A DNA stretch of 64,000 nt from the human T2T-CHM13v2.0 reference genome, Homo sapiens. A model generated the notes under the pieces. That model was given only the letters and a program-made list of their open reading frames with translations. It did no database searches and was not told the DNA's origin. Made by a program: the position numbers and the translations under genes. This document shows, in pieces, positions 1 through 17,559 of this stretch; within the stretch, counting starts at the first letter, position 1, and each line of letters starts with the position of its first letter. The stretch lies in NCBI RefSeq assembly GCF_009914755.1, contig NC_060947.1. One strand, 5' to 3'.

Positions 1-269
1 TTTATGGAGCACTAAATATGAGTCAAACACAATAAGTCACAAATAGTCAAATGTGACCTGGGGCCTGCCTACAGCACACTGACACTGGCATTTTTCTGAC
101 GGAGGACCAGCAGCTGACTAGCTTTTCTGGAGTAGCCCAAGTCTTTCTTGAAATCCTCTCTAACAGAGATAATAACAGCAAAAAGCTTCTTATCAACTGG
201 TCCTTTAAATCATTTAAAAATCTATTTTCTCTATCCAAGTGCTGATTCATAGAAATATAACATAAGCTA

Positions 270-549
270 GTTATTTCATTTAGAGTTTCCTAATAGCCAT
301 AATAAAAACATAAAATAGTTGAGATTATTTTAATTCATGTTTGATTTAACCCAATATATCTAACATATTGTCATTTCCTATGTATTTGATATACAATGTA
401 TTAACGTCATATTATCCATTATCTTATTTGTACTAAGTCTTCAAAATCCAGCATGCATGTTACATTTGCAGCACATTCCTATTGCAACTGGCCACGTGAC
501 AAATGTGCAATCGTTTGCGGCCAGTTGCTACTATAGTAGACGACACAGC
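270..549 (+). mobile_element. MER33-like hAT-Charlie DNA transposon relic
   Basis: tactaagtcttcaaaatccagc...gcacatt...ggccacgtgac...gctactatagtagacgacacag resembles the MER33 3' half; diverged. Confidence 0.6.
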
Positions 550-1424
550 TTCATATCATCTATTACGTTAGTCCCTGGTGTATTTCTGAACAAGCAATTA
601 AAATGCAACCAAAACATGTTATATTTATAAAACATATTATATTTAACACAGTAAATTACAACAGGTGGAAAATTCCTTTTCAGATAGATTCTTAGGAACT
701 TCAATTAAGTGTACTTCTTTCTTTAGTTATTCTATGTCATGCCTGAACATGCTAGGTCACTGGAAAGCTTAAATGAAAAGAAGCAAGAAGAACATTAAAG
801 TAAAATGTTATATGAAACCCCGGAAATTTTTAGTGATTTGTGGTCTTCACTTATTCCAAGTCTTTAGAATTGAGATTAAACATTATCTTCTCAGTGGTAA
901 GTCAGAACAGAGAACAACACGAATGGAGCCACTTCTCTGGTAACACATCAGGGAATCATCTGTCCATTTAAATTACGGGTTTTTTTCTATATCACTGTCA
1001 AGACTAGATTTTCATAAAAGGAAGATCATTTTACATGGAAGGAATTGCTAAACAGGCTAGAGGTTCGAAATCCATTACCTATTCATCACCTAGTTAATAG
1101 ATGTTCATCCTCTATAACCTTCAAGAAACTCTGCCACAAAATTCAAAGGCAACATACAGGTCATATTTCTGAACCTAGTGCTACAAAATATGGCTGGACA
1201 ATATTACAGAATCCTCCAAATTAAAACTTTCTAGAAAATCCAAAATCTATGGTCACACTAGCTCTAAGTCAATGAAATGCTACAGTAAATTTTGGATCCC
1301 AGGAAAAAGCAGCCTAACATTATAGTAGCTACCAGAAGGTACTTTCTGCAAAACTGTTAAACACCGTCCTCTTAGGGGTCCATTTTTCTATCACTCTAAA
1401 GAATAAATGCTTTGGGGAAAATGA

Positions 1425-2088
<664 letters not shown>

Positions 2089-2353
2089 TGGTATGAACAC
2101 TGGATATTTCATTATTTTTTGTTTTCATTTATGTTGCTTCCTGCATTGACACTTGACAAAGTATCACTTTTCTTTTCCTGAAGAGTTGTAAAATATTTTA
2201 TTTCATTTCCAGCTCTCTGGGGGTAAAAAAAATATTACTTTACCTCTATTTTGCCTGCAATTTAAAACTCTCCTGCTCTAATTATTAAGAAGATAAACAA
2301 TTAAAGTTTATATGTAATTTAGTTTATGATAACTGAAATCATATGGGTTTTAA

Positions 2354-2719
<366 letters not shown>

Positions 2720-3571
2720 TAGTGTTATCTTCAAGTTTCCAAATATGAGTGTCTGCAGTTGTTTGGGGGCAGAAAACTGTCAATCACAAATTCTACAAAT
2801 ACTTACTACTATGACCTGGAGGCATTTACAAATTGGAGGGGTTATGTGAGGAATTGTTGATGGAATCAGGAAAAAGGCTGTGGGAAGATGCCGCCTTTAA
2901 CATATATCTGTGCAACCCTCACCTCCCAATTCTAATCCAACTACAAGTCTACTCTATTTACGAGATTGCCGCTGAGGCAGAAAGATCTATGAAACTCCAA
3001 GACTATAAAAACTAAGCCCCGTGTGTGCTGGGGTCCTCACAAAATTAGAGGATGACTGTGTAGCTATCTGCTGAGACTAGAGCTTCATGATCTGCCAGTC
3101 AGGGGTGAGAAGCTGCTAGAAAGAGTTTAGCCAGAGAATATCTGTGAGTCCTCCTGCAGGATGGGAAGTGGTGTCCCTAGCTCCCACTGTGCTACGGAAG
3201 TTTATAAGATGCTTTGAGCCTTCTATACGCCTAATGGGACAGAGTGGAAATTTTTGCAACTGAGACCAGAGGGCAGAAATACATTATACGAGTATCGCCA
3301 CAGAGGACTAGTGACCTGCACAGGGATAAAGACTACCATGCCACATGACACAATCACGATTACCAGTGCTTAAGGTACCGTATAGCTTGATCTGAGCTCT
3401 GATAATAAATATATCCATGACTAAGCAAAGGAAAGTAAGAATTCCTTTAAGACGACCCATTGTCAAGTAAAGAATGAAAAAGCAAGAGAACAAGTTACTA
3501 GTGAAATGAAGCTGCTGGCAGAGATGGATGACAATAAAAATACGTTAATAAAAAAACACTTAAAGAAATTC

Positions 3572-3916
<345 letters not shown>

Positions 3917-4025
3917 TCAGTTGTGAATTAAAACATTTAAACGATGAAATGAGACGGGATAATACTTCCCAAACACAAATTACATCCTTGGAAGATCAAG
4001 TAGAAGAAAAATCTCAAAAGATAAA

Positions 4026-5731
<1,706 letters not shown>

Positions 5732-5739
5732 TAAAGAAA

Positions 5740-7200
5740 GATATGTAAATCTGGCTAGAAAAGCTGAGGAACTTTGAGCATAGACCCTGAAATTAATAGG
5801 GGTTCCAGAAAGAGAAAAATCAACAGATGAAGAAGTAATCATTAAGGAAATAATTGAACAGAGTGTACCTATTGAAAATAACATGGGGGTTTCCAGAAGG
5901 GACTCATTAAGGAATATACAGCTAGGTATATACTGATCTTAAAAAAAAATAGAAAATGAGTATAGCATCTGGAGAGGGAAGTAACTTTTTAAAAAATTAA
6001 ATTAATACTGGACTTGTCATCTGTAATACCAAAAACTAGAAGTTGGAGGCTAAGGGGCAAACCACTGTGAAAAAAACAAAGTGTGACCCCCAAATCCAGG
6101 CAAGATATACATAGTGCCCATAGATCTCTTTGAGTAATATTTTCAAGAAAAGACTAATGGACACCGATCAAACATCTAATAAACTCTGCCAAAGCCTTAA
6201 GAGAGGAAACAATGATGAAAGGAAAGAAACAGAGGTGACAATAAATACTGAAATATAGATAAGTAAATCTAAATGCAATATGCCATTGTGACTGTGAATG
6301 TGTAGTATACATGAAAGAGAAAAGATACACTACAAAAGAAATCTAATCACAACCTGGAACTAAAAATATTATCGCAGGAAAGTTGAAGGGAGGATAACAA
6401 TAGGAGCAAAATCCAAATTCCAAACCAGGTGAAAGATGGGAAAGAAGGAAAAAAATAAACGAAAATAGAAGGATAAATAGAAAACATAGACTATGATGAC
6501 AGATCTAAGTCCCAATATGACACTAACTATAATAAATGTAAATAGATTAAACTCTAGAACCAGTTTCCACAAACTGTGACCTGAGGGCCCAACAGAATAT
6601 AAAATGTCATAGGGACCCCACCTGTTTACATATTGTCTATAAATGTTTTTATCCTATAATGGCAGAGTTGAGTAGTTGGAAAACATACCATATGGCCCAC
6701 AATGCTGAAAATATTTCACTATCTGGCCTTGTACAGAGGAAGCTTACAACATCTGTTTTAGAATCATAAAAAGAGATTCAATGATTGGATTATTTTAAGA
6801 AACACATATATGCCAAGATATTATCTAGAGCAACTGCATTTAGAGCAAAAAGATACAGTGATTCAAAAATAAAAATACAGGAAAATGTAAACTGAGCAAA
6901 TGTGAACCAGAAAAAAAAAGCAGAGGTAAAAACTTTTCATTTCAAGAAAAGGTCATTATGTACCAGTAAATGGTCAAGAGGGATCGAGGGAAATACACAA
7001 TGACTATGAGCATGTATGCACTCAATAATATAGCTTTCAAATAAAGCATGTGGCTGAACTATGCAGCCAAATAATTAAGCTGATAAATGTACTTGGGAGA
7101 TTTTAATGCAACCCTCTCAGACACTGGTAGTTCAAGCAGATAAAACTTAAACGAGTGTAATCAACTGTAGATTTGTTTACATTTAAAATTTATATTCGGC
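5740..7200 (+). mobile_element. ancient L1 (L1M) ORF1/ORF2-start remnants
   Basis: A-rich, with degenerate motifs such as aataaatgtaaatagattaaactct and tgggagattttaatgc. Confidence 0.5.
6560..6756 (+). mobile_element. MER58A-like hAT element
   Basis: tgtttacatattgtctat...ggcagagttgagtagttg...atggcccac...actatctggcctt. Confidence 0.75.
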
Positions 7201-7219
7201 AAACGAAATACATACTTCA

Positions 7220-7525
7220 TTTTATTTTTTTATTTTTAAGACGGAGTTTCGCTCCTGTTGCCCAGGCTGAAATGCAATGGTGAGATCTCGGCTCACTGAA
7301 ACCTCCGCCTCCCAGGTTGAACCGATTCTCCTGCCTCAGCCTCCCAAGTAGCTGGAATTACAGACACGCGCCACCACGGCCGGCTAATTTTTCTATTTTT
7401 AGTAGACATGGGGTTTTCACCATGTTGATCAGGCTGGATGGTCTTGAACTCCTGACCTCAGGTCATCCACCCATCTCAGCCTCTCAAAGCTCTGGGATTA
7501 CAGGCTTGAGCCACCGTGCCCGGTC
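7220..7525 (-). mobile_element. AluS
   Basis: antisense Alu; TSD-like tcatttt. Confidence 0.93.
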
Positions 7526-10500
7526 TCATTTTCAAGCACACAAGGAATATTCTCATTAACTATACTAGGCTGTTTCACAGTATGTATCAAATGCCTTAAA
7601 ATTACACAAATCCTTTAAACCAGCAACTTCTCTTTCAGGCACTTACCTTAGGGAACTAATCAGACTTGCACATAAATATATTTTCACATAACGTTCATTG
7701 CAACATTGTTTATATTAGAAATAGATTGGTAGTAACCCACGGTCACACAACAGAGCAGTGATTAGATAAATCACTGGTGCACTCACATGCAGTTCTAACA
7801 GCCAGGAATGCCCTTTCTTGGACATGAATAAAAAATTGCTAGTTCCCATATAGGCACAGACAAAGGGCCATTGTATAACCTGATGCACAGACCCAGATGA
7901 ATGAAAATGCTATGCTTGCGAATAAATGTGAAAGAACAACTATTTTAGGACCCGGAATTGTAACGCTAAGCCTTAGTAATGAACGGTACTTCTTGAGTCG
8001 CAAAAGTATTCACTTTTGGGCTAGTATATGATGCTTTGGGGCACTTATGTGACCCTTTAAGCAGAGGTCAAAATAAAAGCCTACAAACTCTTTTGCTCAG
8101 GACACCACGGATCTAACAAATTCCTGCCAATGGACAGAAAAGGGACATTCAGAAGCTACCCTACCTCAGATATGTCCTGTGCGTATCTGTTCTCTTACCT
8201 TTTTTAGCTTGACAAAACTTAGGAGGAGAAGTCATAGGTATCCATACCTTTCATTTTCAGCATTCCTCACATCTGGTCTGATCTTTGTCCAGCACCTAAG
8301 GCATAATTACACCAAAAATGATAAATCCATTAAGAGTAATGTTAGACAAATCTTGAATTCTTATAGCAAAAGTTTATTATGATATATCCAAAAAGCAATC
8401 ACTAAATAGCATTACAGAATGAGACACCATTAAATTAGAGCTATCCTTTGGACACATACATAGAAAAAATAACTAGAAAATGTATACCAGCTTGTTCACA
8501 GTTCTCCAGAACTGAGATTATAATTAGTTCACTTCTTTTTAGTCTTATGTATTTGCTACATTGAGAGCAATTAATATGTATTACTTTGGTAATCAGAAAA
8601 ATTGATGTTATTTCACAAATTAAACAACAATGAATGCCATAAAATTAATGTGTAATAGTTCATATGGTAGTTCTTAATTAGCCCACTTTTTTCAACAATA
8701 CGCTGGAAAATTCCCACTGAGTTTGATGGGAATCATAAAGCCCGTGGGCGAGGGGAAGAACGGATTCAATTTCTGTTTCTAATGCTAGCGTAATAGATAA
8801 CTTCTAATTTTGGACTCTAAAACTAAGATACATTGAATTTATATCTAGGAATGTAATTCATATAAATGTTTACATACATAAAATTAAAACCCTAATTTTA
8901 AACATACAAATAATTAACAATAATTTAGGACAGCTCATTTAAAATCCTTAGGATTAAATCTCTGAATTTAAATAAAGAAAATATTATTTCCATGATTACA
9001 TTGTTTTCCTGGGAAATACAACATAGTTCCTACAATGGGAAAAAACAGTGACCTGGATCTGCTAAACATCTCACTGTGAGTTGGACAAGTCAGATTTATC
9101 TCCAAATCCTGCATCTGAATACAACTATGCATTTATATCTTTATACATACATTATCTATTTATTTATGTTTCTACAGAGCAGTCTTCTAAAATACACCGC
9201 TATTTCAAAGTTTATTCACTGAGCAGGTTCTATTTTCTTCATGTATGACGTGAGACAGTTGGAATAAATGATCTCTGATGATTGCTTAAATGGGGCAATT
9301 GTCACCCTACAGACACAGCAGCTCTATGAAGGAATCTGTGTTGATATAAAGCCATCCCGGTTTTATACAGAGATTCACAGATCTAACTTAAGAACAAATT
9401 TGTCCCCATAAAGAAACCTTCTTTGCCAATCTGACCCAATGACCACACTGAAACGTCCCGGCAATGATAAAGCACACCCAGGCTTACCCATAGGAATGCC
9501 TCCTGCTCCACAGAAACTGAATTCCTTTAAAGAATTCCTATAATCTCCTGCCATTTGTAATCTCTCCAATATGTGAAAGGGTTTCTCAGTCACCATGCAA
9601 TTAAAGGTCCTCCTACACATCCAGATGTACTCATGCACATCATCATTTCACATTTTGGTTTTATAGGTTAATTTATACAAAGGTCTCACTTGCAAGTAAA
9701 GGAATGCATTCTACTGGTTTTCAGAAGTATCTAAAGGCTGCAACTACTTACCGCTTTCCATAATGCTATCAAAATACACTAGGTTTATTTATTATTTCTG
9801 CAAAGCAAATCTAAAACTGAAATCCACAAAAATACGGCCAGTTCATTTAAATAGCATTAAAATTCCTCGTTGTATCTAGGTGAATACTATAATGGTTAAT
9901 CCTATACTATCACTGTCACAGCAACACAATTAACATTTTTTTCATTTAAAATGTTTTGGAGAACAAAAGATGAATGCTTCCAAGTTAATTAATGCTCAAA
10001 TAATTATTTTAAAAATTAAATCAGAATTTCTAACACTGCATCTCAGTCACATTATCATTTAGTGAATTCAACACGAGTTACAGCACCCCTATGACTATTC
10101 CATGAACTAATAAATGATCATCTACTTTAGTTTTTTTTTTTTTTACCATGAAAGCTAAAATGTATATTTTTATCCCTTTTGCATGTGATTTTTCTTTTAG
10201 CTCATTCCCATAAATGAACTCTTTAATCCACCATTGTTTCACACATAATCTAATTTGGGTAATATAGTTCTCTATTTCTTTATCTTAGGATTCATACTAC
10301 CACATTATTTCTTTAATTGTGTAACTGACTGTAATGCATTTATTACAAGAGTTAAATGTTACTATAATGATAGTTACTGCATTATTAGATGATTTCTAAT
10401 AGTTAAGTAAAACATTTCTTGATTGCCAAACATTAATTTTATTAGGAATGTAAATTTTTCTAGTGTAATCATTTACTGATACAGCTTTAAAGGCACCAAC

Positions 10501-10934
10501 ATGTCTCTGGCAAATATTGGAACACATACGGTCATGGACTTTAGCTATTGGTAAAAGTCAAGTACCACAGAGTACTATAAAATAACCCTTTGAAGCCAAG
10601 TCCTTGATGCTGTTTCAGGGACTCTATGAAATCACATCAGACTACAGTTAGATATCTTGCTCTGCTACGTAATTTTACGGGTTGATAAGTCTTGCGCCTC
10701 GTTCTTTGTGTGTAATTCCTCATGACCTGGCCAGCGACAAAGAAACCGTGTAATGCTAAGCCATTATCACTGGCTAGATAGATTAGATTCAGCCTTCAGT
10801 AGGCCAGATGCTGTTGCGATAGCCACCGTTACAGGGAAAATCTCTTTAAACCAAAAATCAAAGCTTCATCCAAACCCTACTTGTTTCAAATAATCTGGGT
10901 AAAATCAAATATAATATTTATCAAATGCTAGGAG

Positions 10935-11364
10935 TGTGGCAGACACAAAATATACTGCCCAGCTCCCACTTCAAGGAAGGACTTGCTGCCCATCTGCAGG
11001 AAGTGTGGTTCAGCACACAGCCTCTAGCTGTCAACTCCTGCAGGGTCTGCCTCAGCCGCAGTCACCTGGCTCAAGGTAACACCCACAGAAGCCTACATCT
11101 GGCATCTGAACAGGTGGCTTTATAGCCATAAAGCCTACACCATTCCAGGCCAATGCCCGGTATCACTGATGCACAACGCTTTCTCAAGAGCTGCCAGTAA
11201 GGCTGAATGAGGCTTTGTTGCGCCTGCATAGAAGTTCCACCTCTTTCTCTGCCCAATCCTGCTTCAGCCTCCTCCCTCTCACAGCTGTTGATCCTTAATA
11301 AATATTTGACACCCCATACACTCAACCTCAATGTCTGTTTTTGAGATCCCAACCTCCAGCAACA
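10935..11364 (+). mobile_element. LTR16C-like ERVL solo LTR
   Basis: tgtggcaga start; ctctgcccaatcctgcttc, tgttgatcc..aataaa, ends ...caaca. Confidence 0.65.
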
Positions 11365-11668
11365 TATCAGGTGGTATATATTTGTATGTGTTTGTGCATT
11401 GTAAATGTCAAATTCTGTTAATGGCATCAAGGCAAACTAAACTTCCCTTCACTGCAAAGCAACTAAAAACCATGTATAACCTATTTTTAAAACTTTTCAA
11501 ATGTATCACCCATCCAAAAAATGAGGAAAATCCTTAGAGGCCAAGAAATGAAGCTAAAATCTAAGTACTGCTCCACGTAGAGCACCTGATAGGAACTAAC
11601 ATGACTCCGCCAAGGAATTTATAACTGGCCAAGTCCCTATGTAAAGACGTCAGGAACAGGTAAATATA

Positions 11669-12380
11669 CTGCGGTAGCCTCTGTAACTATTCACTAAATG
11701 TTCCAGTGTTTCTCCTTTAGTCTTCTTCCCTGTAGAAGGATACATCCCACTCCAAATGAAATCAGGAGAGCCCACGGGACTCGCTTGGGCTAGTGAAATG
11801 TGGAAGTGATATGTGTCTTTTCCGGGCAGAAGGTTTAAGAGAGTGGTTCACTTTGTCTCCTTTCTCTCTGCCATGAAGACTGACAGTATTCCAGAAAGAA
11901 GATACTCCCTCAGCTTGTTTTCTGAAGTAAAGATGACATAGCATAGCAGCTGGGCGCGGTGGTTCACGCCTGTAATCCCAGCACTTTGGGTGGCTGAGGC
12001 GGGCGGATCACCTGAGGTCAGGAGTTCAAAACCAGCCTGACCAACTTGGTGAAACCTTGTCTGTATTAAAAATACAGAAATTAGCCAGGCATGGTGGTGG
12101 GCGTCTGTAATCCCAGCTACTTGGGAGGCTGAGGCAGGAGAATCACTTTAACTACAGCTACTTTAACCTCAGCTACTTGGGAGGCAGAGGTTGTAGTGAC
12201 CCTAGATCGCACTACTGCACTCCAGCCTGGGCGACAGAACGAGACTTCGTCTCAAAAAAATGGCATAGCACCGAGAAATAGCCAATCCACAGTAGACTTG
12301 TAGCATGAGTGAAAAGTAGATATTTATAATTACATGTATCCAAAATGTAGGATACATTTGTTACTCAAGCAAAACCTTGT
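11669..12380 (+). mobile_element. MLT1J-like MaLR LTR interrupted by an Alu
   Basis: gtgaaatgtggaagtgatatgtgtcttttccgggcagaag motif; resumes after 12260. Confidence 0.6.
11948..12260 (+). mobile_element. AluS with small internal duplication
   Basis: full Alu; extra ctttaac..cagcta repeats at about 12145-12180. Confidence 0.93.
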
Positions 12381-13050
12381 GAATCTTAAATTTAATTTTA
12401 TTCAGCATCTACTTAAATGTTATCTCATCTAGTCCTCAAATCAACCTTATTAGGCAAATAATTATTCTAGTTGGTGCTTTCATTTGCGAACAACAGACAC
12501 CGAGTCTGGTAATATAAGCAGAAAAACAATTCGTTAGAGAGATAACACATTGTTCTTAAGAGTCCATGAGAAGAGCAGAGAGTCAGGTGAAGAATATATG
12601 GCAATAGTCAAGGGAGGAAGAGCTCACCCAGAATCACCCCAGAGAAGCAGTTTTCTTAGGGTCCCACTGGAAGCACTGTCACTTCTCAATACTCTCTGTC
12701 ACACTACTGGACTCTAGCCTCTGCCACAAACACTGCAAATAAGTGTTGACTTTCTCTACGTCTTAGTATACCTCCTAAAGTGTCAGAGCTCCTGGCAGAA
12801 GCGTCCACATGGCTATGCTCGTCCCCTGGGTCTATGCCAACAACTTGAAGTTAAGAATATCTGCCCCTCATTCAGTTTCCAAGTAAAAGGTAAGGCCCTG
12901 ACTCACATTTCTCTCGGGATTACCCCCAATGTTATTTAGATACTATGAAGACAAAAGTGATTGATATAGTATTTTCAGAAAAAAAAGTTGAGAAAATTGA
13001 ACCTTGGAGAATTTAAGTCACCAATTCAAAATCACACACCAAGAATGACT

Positions 13051-13625
13051 TGTATCAGTCAGAATGCTTACAGCTGCAAGTAACCAAAATCCACAACTCA
13101 AGCAATGAGGCGTATGTTATCACACACAAAAGGTATTTCGAGTGAAGTGAAGGCTTCTGGGTGGACTGGATCAACTCTTTAATGATGTAATTAGTTCATG
13201 TAATTTCTTAGCCCTCCTGTCCACATTTTCAGCTTCGTATTAATAATGCTAGTACCCCTCATGGTTATATGATACCTGCAAGAGCCATCAAAGCTATGCA
13301 CGTCTTTGTTCATTTTCTACCAGAGAAATTCTATCACCCTATTTATACCTTCTTTCTCGCTGAGCCAAATTACATCACATCTTCATCCCTAGACATTGCC
13401 ACATACTGATTAGCTTAAGCTTGGCTTCCTGAAATAATTGCTGGCAAGAGGAAAGGCATTATTATGATTGATTAGTTTATCATTTATTCTGAAGCTGAAG
13501 ATAAGGGCACCTTTTTTTCAATTACATGAGCTTCATGAAGGAAGGCAAATGCCTTAAGAAAATTACGGTTCTCTTAAGAAGAAAGAAGGGGGAAATGGAT
13601 AATCTGTAGGCAAACAACAACCATG
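13051..13625 (-). mobile_element. old MaLR/ERVL LTR remnant (MLT1/LTR33-like)
   Basis: tgtatcagtcagaatgctt..gctgcaagtaac resembles a reverse-orientation LTR end; highly diverged. Confidence 0.4.
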
Positions 13626-13861
13626 TTCTGCGTCCTTCTAATACATACATCTTTAAAAGTGTCCACACCTACATGAAATTCCTTCAAGTGTCCCTAAAGA
13701 GAGGCTCCCTAAAGTTTCTTCTGGGTAATGCACTCAACTCAAGTCCATAATCTCTAAGTGATGCATCAGTGATCCAAGACTAAATAGTATTATACTAACC
13801 CCAAACACATTCATGTACCCATGATGCAGGAAAAACAAGGCAACATTAATAAAAGTGATTA

Positions 13862-14149
<288 letters not shown>

Positions 14150-15074
14150 TTAGACAGCAACACAGAGGATGTTCTGTCCTAGAAGTGAATTGAGTTTCCT
14201 GATCACCCAAGCTGGCTTCCCCTGGTTCTGTTCTGGGAAAGTATCCCTCATCAGTATTTCCCCAAAGTCAGAGGCAGGATAATCATTTTCCAGATTATTC
14301 CTCATAAGAGGCTTCACTGCTTTAGTAGTCTGCTTTGTATTGGTATAAGCATACAGACAAAGGGATCAAGGTTGTTGGCTAGGATTTTTGTTTCTTGGGC
14401 AGTAAAGCACACATAAATTAACAGCCTATTTACTTTTAATCCATTCTACTGGCGAGGAACTCCAGCCAGAGATCTTGTCAAACCATGGGCTTGGAATCTG
14501 ACAATATCACGTTCCTTGCTAGAGCTTTCAAAGTGCTACATTCAGCTTCTGTTTAGCTATTAGACGACATTTATGAAGACAGGAAGAAGAGCTACCATAC
14601 TCCAACATCCAAAATTTCCTCTACTAATACATTCTACATAGGAACATGATGATTCCCAGTGTAAAATGCCTAGTAGTTTAACAAAATGCTTTTTAATCGT
14701 ACGAAGCAACATGTGCCAAATATTTACAATTCATTTCATTCATTTAATGATAACCTATTGAACACTTAGAGCCTAAAGTAGCTATTGGTACAGTAAGGCT
14801 ACATAACACATAAGTATAATATCTCAGAGGTAGACAAAAATACTCATTTTTCTCATCCATGGGTCTTCAAAGTCAATGAGGGCAGAATAAATTCAGGCTG
14901 AAAACTGAATATAGGTGTGCTTCACTATGTGTCTCATTCCGGTATATAGGTTGAAGCAGTCGCAACTAGACAGGGCATCTTTTTTTTTTTCTCACAGCAA
15001 TGGCAGTAGACGAGACAAGCCCAGCATTAAAGGTACTTCAAAGGTACATTTCAACTCTCTTCTCAGATCATGAT

Positions 15075-15181
15075 AATCTCCTCTAGAAACACTTTCAAAG
15101 ACATACCCAGAAGTAATGTTTAATTTGAGATCTCGGTACCAGGTGACCCAATCAACTTGACATATAAAATTAACCATTACA
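15075..15181 (-). mobile_element. MLT2 LTR fragment
   Basis: acccaatcaacttgacatataaaattaaccattaca is the reverse of the MLT2 start. Confidence 0.7.
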
Positions 15182-15445
15182 TCATCCAACTATCATAAGG
15201 CCATGGCAGGGAAATGTATGTATAATACCAGTACTACAAGTGACTGAATAATTATGACAATTTAATCTACCACATCTGCTGCATCCCAAGAGTTGTTACA
15301 AACACTGAGGATAGAGCAGTGCTCAAAACAGGCAAAGCCACAACGCTGCTGGGTTTTAACTTGCAGTTGTGGAAACATGAAAACAATGAGCACAACCCCA
15401 GGTGTATTTATAAAATGTTACGCAATGTTAAAAATGTTCATAGTA

Positions 15446-15740
<295 letters not shown>

Positions 15741-15789
15741 TGTTAATGGTAGAATCGATGGTGGGTAGACAGTGAAACGTTTGAAAAAG

Positions 15790-16130
15790 CGACGCAGGTT
15801 AAGGGGTTTATAAAGTGGATGTGTTTTTGACATTTTGGATGGGGTGGTCAGGGAAGCATCTATGAAGAGCTTACATTTGAGCAGAGATCTGACAGATGGG
15901 AGGGATGGATCCAAACTGAAATCTGGGAGGAAAGATTTCCAAGCAGTTGGTAGAGCAAGCTGAAAGGGCTTTAAGATGAAACATGACCTGCTGTGTTTTA
16001 GGACAGCAAGAAAGCCAGCACAGCTTAGAAGACTGGTGGGGGATGAGCCCAGAGCGTTAAGCAGTTGTGTGATCACACAGGGCCTTGCGGCAATAAAAAG
16101 AACTTTGAAGTTCATTTAAAATAGTATGGG
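15790..16130 (-). mobile_element. L2 fragment
   Basis: ggtggtcagggaag..catttgagcagagatctga..ggaaagatttccaagcag L2-like motifs. Confidence 0.6.
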
Positions 16131-16637
16131 TAATGTGACAATGTTTTAATATAAATAGATGTGAACATTTTAATTTATTAATAAGGGAACCAATAGGGAA
16201 GAAAGAAAAGAGAGTTCCAAGAGTATTTGACAAGCAAGAATTTATATAGTCAAGGTGAAAAAAAAATGCCTATGTAAGACTTCTAAGTTAGATATATGGT
16301 TGTATGCTTTTCTACAGGAAAAGAAAACCATAGCAGTTTGGGTATTAACTTTCCCAGCAGACTACACAATTCTAACACCTTATCAATTTCTTGGTTAACC
16401 TCTAACTTCACAGGGTTCCAAACTGACTTCACTGTTAATAGCTGTGGATGCTTATTAGCCAAATTTTGACAAGGCTGCCATCAGATGAGAATGTGTGTCA
16501 GAGGAATGTCAGATGAGAATCAATCAGGCTTCTTAGGACATATTATAACATGATATTAACATATCAGGTCATTCCTATTTTGTGATTTTTCCAAGTTTTG
16601 GATAAAGCCTTCTTTCACAAAGACACTGGTGGGAGTA

Positions 16638-17048
16638 CGATATAGTTTGGATGTTTGTCCCCTCCAAATTTCACATTGAAATGTGACCCCCAGTGTTGGA
16701 CATGGGGCCTGGTGGGAGGTGTTTGGGTCATAAGAGTGGATCCCTCATGAATGGCTTGGTACCCTACCCATGGTTCTCATTCTATCAATTCACGTGAGAG
16801 CTAGCTGCTTAAAAAGAGCCCAGAACCTTCTCCTCTCTCTCTCTTGCTCCCTCTCTCACCACGTGGCATGCCTATTTCCACTTCACCTTCTGCCATGAAT
16901 ACAAGTTTCCTGATGCCTCATCAGAAGCTGAGGGTGCTGCTGTGATGCTTGTACAGTCTGCAGAATTGGGAGCCAAATAAACCTCTTTTATTTACCAATT
17001 ACCCAGTCTCGGGTATTCCTTTTTAGCAACACAAAACAGACTAATACA
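16638..17048 (+). mobile_element. MSTB-like MaLR solo LTR
   Basis: gatatagtttggatgtttgtcccctccaaat ... gccaaataaacctctt ... gactaataca. Confidence 0.85.
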
Positions 17049-17559
17049 GAACAGAATGTTGATATTATATGACTTCTTTTTAAAAATAATTTCTTTTGCT
17101 GTTATGTGGTGAAGAGATTCCAAGATGCAACCATCAAAGTAGAATCACCACTTAGGAGCGTCTTACAGGAATTCTGATGAGAAACGATGGCAACTTGGAC
17201 TAAGACACTGTCGGTGCAGATGGAAAAAAGCATAGAGATCCATAAGAAATTTGGTTGTTGAGTTTGCAGGAATTGATGATATGTGCCTTTGTCAACATAT
17301 CCCCTCTTCAGACCATAAACATTACTAGTAGTTTATAAGGCTCATCACTAGTGGGGAGAGAGGCAAGCTCCAAAATAACCCCTTTCCCTGATTTGTTTGC
17401 AACGTTACTGGTAATTTGTCTTTCCAAGTTCAATGTCAGTACTCCATTTTTCCTGTTACATAGCTAAAGTCTTCAGGGACAGCCAAAAGCAATGTCTTCT
17501 CTCCAGTAATGTCGAGAAACATGTCTTAATCGCATCACTCCAGCAATTCTCCCCTCTAT

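Noticed and set aside
9375-9638. 87-aa ORF in unique sequence as a coding exon
   Set aside because: No recognisable homology; if spliced at 9488 to the 8295 acceptor it stops within 9 codons
14978-15045. Plus-strand acceptor (T11-ctcacag at 14997) with possible micro-exon
   Set aside because: Downstream donors (AAG|gtactt, AAG|gtacat) are weak and I found no partner exons
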